In this document: positions 55,696 through 64,000 of the stretch, piece by piece | How positions within the stretch are numbered: position 1 is the stretch's first letter | Layout of the letters: each line of letters begins with the position of its first letter | Assembly: GCA_951406725.2 (NCBI GenBank) | Contig: OX597836.1 | Span: 43,152,001-43,216,000, forward strand | Length of the DNA: 64,000 nucleotides | Direction: 5' to 3' | Source: Octopus vulgaris | Lineage: Eukaryota | Made by a program: the position numbers and the translations under genes | Notes under the pieces: model-generated | Databases searched by the model: none | What the model was told of the DNA's origin: nothing | Seen by the model: only the letters and a program-made list of their open reading frames with translations

Positions 55696-56255
55696 TATAT
55701 GAAATTTCAAATTTAGTTTACTGATTCCCGGTACAACCTTTGTGGACCACCAGGGGACCGCGGACCCCAGTTTGGGAACCACTGCTAAATAGTAATACTT
55801 TCTAATATGGTACAAGACCGGCAATTTTGAGGGAAAGAAGAAAGCGATTACATTAACCCCTTTAATTGACTGGGAATTTATTTTATTGATCCCGAAAGAA
55901 TGAAAGGCAATGCTGACCTCGGTGGAATTTGAACTTTAAATGTAAAGAACCAAAAGAAATTCCTCTGAGCTTCTTTTTGCTCCGAAGAGCAAACGATTCT
56001 ACTAAGCCGCTGCCTTCATGTTTCTTCTGTTTGCTTCTATTATTAGACTGCGGCCATACTGGGGCACCGATTTGGAGATTTTTTTTTAGTCAAATGACTC
56101 AACCCCAGGGCTTAACTTCTTTTTTTTAGCCTGGTCCTTATTCTATCGGTCTCTTTTGCTGGACCATTAAGTCACAGAGACGTAAACACACGAACACTGG
56201 TTGTCAAGCAGTAGCGGGTGACAAATACAGATACAAACACACACACACATATACT

Positions 56256-56286
<31 letters not shown>

Positions 56287-56749
56287 GGCTTCTTTCAGTT
56301 TCCATCAGCCGAATAGGCTCGAGGCTATAGTAGAACTTCCCAAGTTGCCTCGCAGTGGAACTGAACCCAGAACCACACAGCGTCGCTTAAGCCCTTCATT
56401 CTCTACGAACTATAGGCCATCGACGACTCTTCCCCATTGTTCTCGACAGTGGGCTATCTTCAAGGCCACTCCCTCAGTAAGATAGGGAGAAACCCCTAAA
56501 GTAAGGCCTTCTTTTCTAAATTTTACTGGTCTTGAAATGTCAACGTTGCTTCTGTAACTTTCTGTTTTTGTTTTATGATAAGGGTGCTGGCCTTACGGAG
56601 ACCCATTTTTACATCTAGAAAGTAGTCTGGCCTCTCTCCTCTGACCTAGCAGTATGTGGCGCCATACCAGGAGCTTGAACTCCGCTTGCTTACATCTCGG
56701 GGTCATTGAAGCTCACAAGTTACCACACCGCTACAAGGACTAGACCATA

Positions 56750-56981
56750 CTCTCTTTACTCTTTTACTTGTTTCAGTCATTTGACTGCGGCTATGCTGGA
56801 GCAACGCCTTTAGTCGAACAAATAAACCCGAAGACTTATTCTTTGTAAGCCTAGTACTTATTCTATCGGTCTCTTTTGCCGAACCACTAATTTACAGGGA
56901 CGTAAACACACCAGCATCAGTTGTCAAGCGATGTTGGGGGGACAAACACAGACACACAAACATATACACGCATGTACATAT

Positions 56982-57046
<65 letters not shown>

Positions 57047-57212
57047 TATGACGGGCTTCTTTCAGTTTCCGTCTACCAAATCCAATCACAAGGCTTTGGT
57101 CGGCCCGAGGCTATAGTAGAAGACACTTGCCCAAGTTGCCATCCAGTGGGACTGAACCCGGAACCATGTGGTTGGTAAGCAAGCTACTTAACACACAGCC
57201 ACTCCTACGCCT
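56750..57212 (-). mobile_element. Family 1 SINE
   Basis: Reverse complement of 31402-31796. Confidence 0.85.
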
Positions 57213-57739
57213 ATACTGTATGAAACTAATAATACAAATAATTTACTCTTAACGAGATCTTGCAGTTCCTGTTTTTAATTATTCTCTGCAATTATTAATA
57301 ATGATCATTTCAAATTTTTTCATAAGACCAACAATTTCGTAGGGAGGAAGTACATCGATTATATTGATCTCAGTACTCAACTGGTACTTATTTTATCGAC
57401 CCCGTATGGATGAAGAGCTAAGTCGGCCTCAGCAGAATTTGAACTCAGAACGCAAAGACGGACCAAAAGCCGCTAAGCATTGTATCCCAGCGTGCTGACG
57501 ATTCTGCCAGATTGTCGCCTTTTTCCAATTACTAATAATAATCCTTTCTATTAAAGGCACAAGGCCTGAAATTTTGGCAGAAGGGAACGAGTCGATTAGA
57601 TCAACCCCAGTATTTCGCTGGTATTTAATTTATCGACTCCAAAAGGATGAAAGCAAAGTCGACATCGGCAGAATTTGAACTCGGAACATGAAGACGGACG
57701 AAATGTCGCTAAGCAGTTTTCCTGCGTGCTAACGATTCT

Positions 57740-58156
57740 TATTTCTTTATTGCCCACAAGGGGCTAAACATAGAGGGGACAAACAAGGACAGACAAACGG
57801 ATTAAGTCGATTACATCGACCCCAGTGCGTAACTGGTACTTATTTAATCGACCCCGAAAGGCTGAAATGCAAAGCCGATCTCAGCGGAATTTGAACCCAG
57901 AACGTAGCGGCAGACGAAATACCTATTTCTTTACTACCCACAACGGACTAAACACAGAGAGGACAAACAAGGACAGACAAACGGATTAAGTCGATTATAT
58001 CGACCCCAATGCGTAACTGGTACTTAATTTATCGACCCCAAAAACATGAAAGGCAAAGTCGACCTCGGCGGAATTTGAACTCAGAACGTAGCGGCAGACG
58101 AAATACGGCTAAGCATTTCGCCCGGCGTGCTAACAATTCTGCCAGCTTGCAGCCTT
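57740..58156 (-). mobile_element. Family 2 SINE dimer
   Basis: Junction GAAATACCTATTTC at ~57917-57929. Confidence 0.85.
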
Positions 58157-58292
58157 TTGGCAATTACTACTAATAACACAAATTAATTAATCTTAACGAG
58201 ACACTGCAATTACAATCTGCTCCACCTGTTATAAATACTCAAGTAAACTAGAATATCTACAGCCTGCCAGAAGATGTCGGTGATATTATTAA

Positions 58293-58800
58293 CCCATTGC
58301 TTACCATGAGCCCCATATGGGGATCTGTTAAAGATAGTCTCACTGCCGGTTGTTCGTTGTATTTAAAGTGAATTGCTTATACACATTGCATTTGCAGAGG
58401 TGCGTTTAACAAAATTCAGTAGTTAAAGTTTGTCATTATTATCCCTGGCTAATTCTAGAGGACATTTTATGTCATAAATCGCAGTTTTTGAACTACAAAA
58501 ATATTGTTTTGAAAACGTTTTTTTTTTCTTTAGCCTTTCCCATCTATATCATTCCCTGATATTTCATATACGTTCGCATTTGATACTATAGTTTAAAAAA
58601 AACTCAAATGATTATTATTGCGATTGAACAGAAAACGATAAATATGCTTTTTTTTTTTCAGCGTTCATCATTTGGGATTTTTCGAAAAATTTATCATAAT
58701 TTCCAAAATAATTCACAGGTGAAGAAAAGTTAAATACAGCATATTATTTTAACTCCTAAGACACCTGGCAAAGCCAAAAAATATGAATAAAACAACTGGG
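58293..58800. mobile_element. Possible piggyBac-type MITE
   Basis: TTAA|CCCATTGCTT .. AACAACTGGG|TTAA; TIR match is short. Confidence 0.35.
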
Positions 58801-58923
58801 TTAATACATAAAGGCCTTAAATTGATTTTCATCTCAGCTTATTCATACTTCAATCTAATTTAAGCCTAAGTATTTAAATACCTTTATGCATTGGGTGGTT
58901 TTTATATGGCGTGTATAAAACTA

Positions 58924-59148
58924 TTGGGTTGTCCGGAAAGTTCGTGCCAACTTTTAAAGGAAAGAAAAAGGTCAATAAATACTTGCCATTACATTTTTAA
59001 TCAACCAAATATTAACCATTTTGTTGCATAATGCGTCTCTATCTTTCCTTTAACTTGAAAATACCCTCTTCCCAGAATTGAGGTGCCTGGGAAAGTAAGT
59101 CGAAAGGTAAGATACTATAAATCGGCACGAACTTTCCGGACAACCCAA
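58924..59148 (-). mobile_element. 225-bp mini-mariner of the same family as 30815 and 51760
   Basis: Same TIRs, TA-flanked, larger internal deletion. Confidence 0.9.
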
Positions 59149-59839
59149 TATATTTGAAAGAATTAATGACTTTTATCTGAAACTCCGAGTGAAGTCCGTT
59201 TCCCCAGAATATTCAGAAATTACTTCTGATTGCATTACCTATGGTGATGTCTTCCGGCTTTACGTTCTGAGTTCAAATATCACCGAGGTTGACTCTTGTT
59301 CTTTCGGTGGTCGATAAAATAAATACCAGTCAAGTACTAGGGGCAATGTAATCGACTAAAGCCCTCCCTCAAAATTCTGGTCCTGTGCCTTCAGTAGAAA
59401 AGACCAGCAATGGTGACGTCATAACTGCTTTTAAAAAAACCACCTTCATTCAGCCCTCATAGCGCATACAAAGCTCACCACTCGTAAACAAGACCATTAA
59501 GGTTGCTGATGAGCATTTATAATTATACAGGAACTCAGTTTAGCTTTTAAGATATCACAGCTGGTATACACATTGTCGAATATTCTCTTTTTTCTTTTCT
59601 TTTCTTTTATTTGTTTCAGTCATTTGACTGTGACCATGCTGGAGCACCGCCTTTAGGCAAGCAAATCGACCCCAAGACTTATTCTTTGTAAGCCTAATAC
59701 TTATTCTATCGGTCTCTTTTGTCGAACTGCTAAGTTACGGGGACGTAAACACACCAGCATCGGTTGTCAAGCGATGTTGGGGGAACAAACGCAGACACAC
59801 AAACATATACATATACATACATATAAATATATATATATA

Positions 59840-61107
59840 CGAGGGGCGTTCAATAAGTAATGCCCTTGACCCACTTGCAGTTGTTTGATTTAGCTGAAAG
59901 TTTGCATGTGCACTTATTTATACCTCTATAGATTAAGTGGCGAATTACAGCTCTGAACTAATTGTGGTTTCTGATTTACAGGTGTTTGAACTGAGTCAAG
60001 TGTGAAATAGAGCCTGTTGAGTGTCGAGCAGTGATCTGGTTTTTGTATTTGAAAGGACGCACACCACGGGAGACTTTTGATGAAATGAAAGTAACTTATG
60101 GTGATGATGCCCCATCATATGACCTTGTAAAACGCTGGCATTGTGAATTCAAACATAGTCGGAACTCTGTGGAAACAGCTCCCAGATCTGGTTGCCCCCT
60201 TTTGCCGTTGATGAGACGTCTGTCCGTCAAGTTGAGGCTGCCATTTTGGAAGGTCAACGCATAACTATTTGCCAAATAGCCCATAAGGTCAAGATTAGTA
60301 CCGGGTCTGTGGAAACTATCATTCATGACCATTTGCATATGCAAAAGGTGTCTGCCAGATGGATTTCCAGGTTGCTCCCACCTTTCCAGAAGCAAGAACG
60401 CGTTGAGTGCTCGAGGATGAATTTGGAGATGTGCCAAGAAGATGAGTCAAAATTTTTCAAAAGACTGATCACACAGGATAAAACCTGGGTCCATCACTAT
60501 GATCCATAGACCAAAGCCCAGTCAATGCAGTGAAAGCACCGTGACTCACCTCCTCTAAAGAAGGCAAGGGTGCAGCCCTCCGCTGACAAGGTTATGCTCA
60601 CAGTCTTCTGGGACCAGGACGGAGTAGTGATGACAGATTTCCTGGCAAAGGGTACCACAATTACAGGAGCCTATTATGCTTCACTTTTGAGGAAATTAAG
60701 AGAAGCTATCAAAATCAAGAGGCGGGGCAAGATCAGAAAAGGCATCCTCCTCCTGCAGGACAACGCTCCGGTCCACAACTCGCGTGTCGCCAGATCAGAA
60801 GCACAGGCGTGCAGCTATGAACTCCTCCCCTTGCACCCTCTGATTTTCACCTCTTCCCAGCCATGAAGTTGATTTTGAAAGGAAAGCGTTTCCCAGATGA
60901 TGCAGCCTTGATTTCTGAAGTCACGTCGTGGTTGGAGGACCAAGCTGGGGTCTTCTACAAAAACGGTCTCCAGAGCTGTATCAAACGATGGGAGAAATGC
61001 ATAACTCTGGGTAGTTCCTATGTAGAAAAAGACTAATAACTGTGCCAGGTGTCGTTGCTCTACTGCTATGGTAAGTGGGTCAGGGGCATTACTTATTGAA
61101 CGCCCCT

Positions 61108-61109
<2 letters not shown>
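59840..61109 (+). mobile_element. Full-length (1270 bp) inactive mariner inserted in the TA tract of a family 1 SINE
   Basis: TIRs CRAGGGGCGTTCAATAAGTAATGCCC, TA-flanked; WISRLL, ITQDKTWVHHYDP, KVMLTVFWD, LLQDNAPVH; stops, frameshift and loss of YSPDL; SINE halves at ~59600-59820 and 61143-61308. Confidence 0.93.
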
Positions 61110-61144
<35 letters not shown>

Positions 61145-61682
61145 GACGGGCTTCTTTCAGTTTCCGTCTACCAAATCCACTCACAAGGCTTTGGTCGGCC
61201 CGAGGCTATAGTAGAAAACACTTGCCCAAGATGCCACGCAGTGGGACTGAACCCGGAACCATGTGGTTGGTAAGCAAGCTACTTACCACACAGCCATTTC
61301 TGCGCCTAAAACATATTGTAAAACATATTACTATCAACTTATGTATGTGAAGGTGCGTGGCTCAGTGGTAAGGTGTAGGGCACTCACGATCGTGAGGGCG
61401 TGGTTTGACTCCCCAACCGGCTACGCGTTGTGTTCTTGAGCAAAATACTCTATTTCGCGATGCTCTAGTCTTCAGCTGTAAATGGGTAAGCCTGCGACAA
61501 ATTAATCTTCCGATCAGGGGATTGTTGGCCTACGTGACTACCTATGCAGTAGAGTAGCATCATTTGAAAGCTAAAATTATGCAAAGCGCATTGTGACCAG
61601 CGATGTAAGACAACATCTGATAATCTGGTCCATCACGTGATCACATGATAACTTATGTAGCCTATGATACTGTTTTGCGTTG

Positions 61683-61709
<27 letters not shown>

Positions 61710-61722
<13 letters not shown>

Positions 61723-62075
61723 GGCAAAATGTCTGTCTGTGTGCGTGTCCTTTATACAAATCCACATTTTTTCAGTTAGAGGGCTCGAACTTTCTATGGT
61801 AATTCAAACCCGTCCAAGGGTGGTCGTGCACATCTTTACATTTCCCCAGTCACCCCACAAAGCCATTTTAAAAAATCAATAGAAGTGACTTTTTCGTGAA
61901 TTTTCTATCCAAAACCCAATCAAAATACCCGAAACTTGATACGCCAATTGAATGCCAGCTAGCTGTTTGTGAGTGGTCAGAGATTTGGACAGTACTCGCG
62001 TGTATGTGCGCACGCACGCAGCTATATATGCATGCACTAGCGTTATGACCCGGTGTTGTTGGGTCAGAGTTCTAG
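61710..62075 (+). mobile_element. Non-autonomous Helitron-like element
   Basis: 3' hairpin TGACCC..GGGTCA followed by CTAG|T at 62072-62076; 5' end lost in (TA)n. Confidence 0.55.
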
Positions 62076-62285
62076 TCTGACGATAAAATATTTACTGCTT
62101 TTCGTAGTAGACAGCCGATGTTTCAGCTTAAATGACTTACTTTCAGTCTTACAGATGATGTTGTTTGTTTGCAACGAATTATACAGTCTTTAAAGTGAAA
62201 ACTAGCTGGAAATTTCTAGCTTGTTTGTGGATGACATCACCATATTTGGTAACCAAAGAGTAACATAACAAAAACAAAACAAAAA

Positions 62286-62871
62286 AAATTGTGATTGCTT
62301 GCATATTCATTCTTAAAGCGTTCTGGCTGATCCGAACATAAATATGCTTATAGCTGTTGTATTTGTCACATGAGAACAGCTTCTCCTTTACGACCAATAC
62401 GTGTTCGTAGCTCATTCTATTCGTTAATTCAACGGAATCCAGGTCACCGCTGTTTCGACATGCTATGTCTCGTCAGACAGAAATTGTGATTGCTTGCGTA
62501 TTCATTCTTAAAACGTTCTGGCTGATCCGAACGTAAATATGCTTATAGCTGTTGTATTTGTCACATGGGAACAGCTTCTCCTTTACGACCAATACGTGTT
62601 CGTAGCTCATTCTATTCGTTAATTCAACGGAATCCAGGTCACCGCTGTTTCGACATGCTATGTCTCGTCAGACAGAAATTGTGATTGCTTGCGTATTCAT
62701 TCTTAAAACGTTCTGGCTGATCCGAACGTAAATATGCTTATAGCTGTTGTATTTGTCACATGGGAACAGCTTCTCCTTTACGACCAATACGTATTCGTAG
62801 CACATTCTATTCGTTAATTCAACGGAATCTGGGACACCGCTGTTTCGACATGCTATGTCTCATCAGCCAGA
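62286..62871 (-). mobile_element. 3 x 195-bp tandem array, each unit with a hammerhead motif (retrozyme/Penelope-like)
   Basis: Unit starts 62286, 62481, 62676; GTTTCGACATGCTATGTCTCRTCAG at 62452, 62647 and 62842. Confidence 0.8.
62828..62871 (-). ncRNA. Type I hammerhead ribozyme, complete consensus core
   Basis: Minus strand TCTGG-CTGATGA-GACAT-AGC-ATGTC-GAAACA-GCGG-TGTC-CCAGA; all three stems pair. Confidence 0.88.
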
Positions 62872-63060
62872 AGTATCCAGACCAATGAATCTAAGAAGAG
62901 CCGGTGGCTTTGTGATAAACTGTTTGCTGATCCATGCCGATATCTGACAACCGATAACGAATCATCATACGCACAGTAAGTAGTCAGATTCGAAACGATG
63001 ACGAATCTAATATGACATTGATTAATATTAAATGTGAACGCATCTCCAGTTAAATTTACA

Positions 63061-63353
63061 TCTTTATATATAAAAGTGAAGTTGTGTGTCTGTCTCCTAC
63101 GATTTAGATTCCTAACTACTCCCACATTTTGCGGTGCAGTTTAACCAAAACTAAATATCTTCATAGTCGTGATTCATATCGAGCCCTTCTGTATTAGCGC
63201 GCGACTACGATGAGTCTACGATTTAAAAAAAATTACCATCATTTTTCCCCATTTTTAATGCATTTTTTTACTATTTTTTGGCTATAACGCTCTAAAAATG
63301 CTTATATAGTTATTTCCATTACAAACCCGAGCAACGCCGGACGATATTGCTAG
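63061..63353 (+). mobile_element. Non-autonomous Helitron
   Basis: A|TC start, subterminal CCCGAGCAACGCCGG hairpin, CTAG|T end. Confidence 0.8.
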
Positions 63354-63464
63354 TTTACTATAAATCCATTTAACTAAACATTTCCTCACTTCCCAATTTG
63401 GACAACATCAACAAAATATCTTCTTGCTCTTTTACTCTTTTACTTGTTTCAGTCATTTGACTGA

Positions 63465-63625
63465 AGGCGTAGGAGTGGCTGTGTGGCAAGTAGCTTACTT
63501 GGTTCCGAGTTCAGTCCCTCTGCGTGGCACCTTGGGCAAGTGCCTTCTACTATAGCCTCGGGCCGACCAAAGCCTTGTGAGTGAATTTGGTAGACGGAAA
63601 CTGAAGGAAGCCTGTCGTATATATG

Positions 63626-63676
<51 letters not shown>

Positions 63677-63886
63677 TTGTGTGTCTGTCTTTGTCCTCAA
63701 AACATCGCTTGACAACCGATGCTGGTGTGTTTACGTCCCCGTAACTTAGAGGTTCGGCAAAAGCGACCGATAGAATAAGTACTAGGCTTACAAAGAATAA
63801 GTCATGGGATCGATTTGCTCGAATAAAAGCGGTGCTCCAGCATGGCCACAGTCAAACGACTGAAACAAGTAAAAGAGTAAAAGAGT
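63465..63886 (+). mobile_element. Family 1 SINE
   Basis: Homology to 31402-31796. Confidence 0.85.
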
Positions 63887-64000
63887 ATAACAAAGAGGCC
63901 TCCTGAGCCCCTAACGTTAAATTCCACTAAAAGAAATACCCAGACCTACTAATAAACAATCTGTATCTTATATGATGAGTCTGCTTGTTTATTATTCCCG

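Noticed and set aside
55735-55785. hAT/Charlie-like terminus CAGTGGTTCCCAAAC on the minus strand
   Set aside because: Single end only; no matching TIR or TSD.
62105-62160. Minus-strand CTGTAAGA..GAAACATCGGCTGTC hammerhead-like string
   Set aside because: Core spacing is wrong and stems I and II do not pair convincingly.

Overview
AT-rich, microsatellite-dense animal genomic DNA; the SINE families suggest an octopus or other coleoid cephalopod (inference). Two credible host genes lie on the + strand, each with a single coding exon and probably a short non-coding first exon about 4 kb upstream. Gene A (15649-16398) is a secreted precursor ending in a C-CC-C segment and a W-GRR amidation signal. 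Gene B (48343-49029) is a secreted His/Gly-rich protein with GHG repeats, resembling cephalopod histidine-rich beak proteins. The rest is transposon debris: three tRNA-derived SINE families, CR1-like and R4/Dong-like LINE fragments, mariner/Tc1 copies, MITEs and Helitrons. The signal not shown by the ORF track is a set of sequence-unrelated type I hammerhead ribozymes. Four have complete cores and one more is probable; several have long stem II extensions, one lies in a 3x195-bp retrozyme-like array, and further decayed copies exist. Almost all long ORFs in the track are microsatellite artefacts. All structures were read by eye, with no folding or database search.
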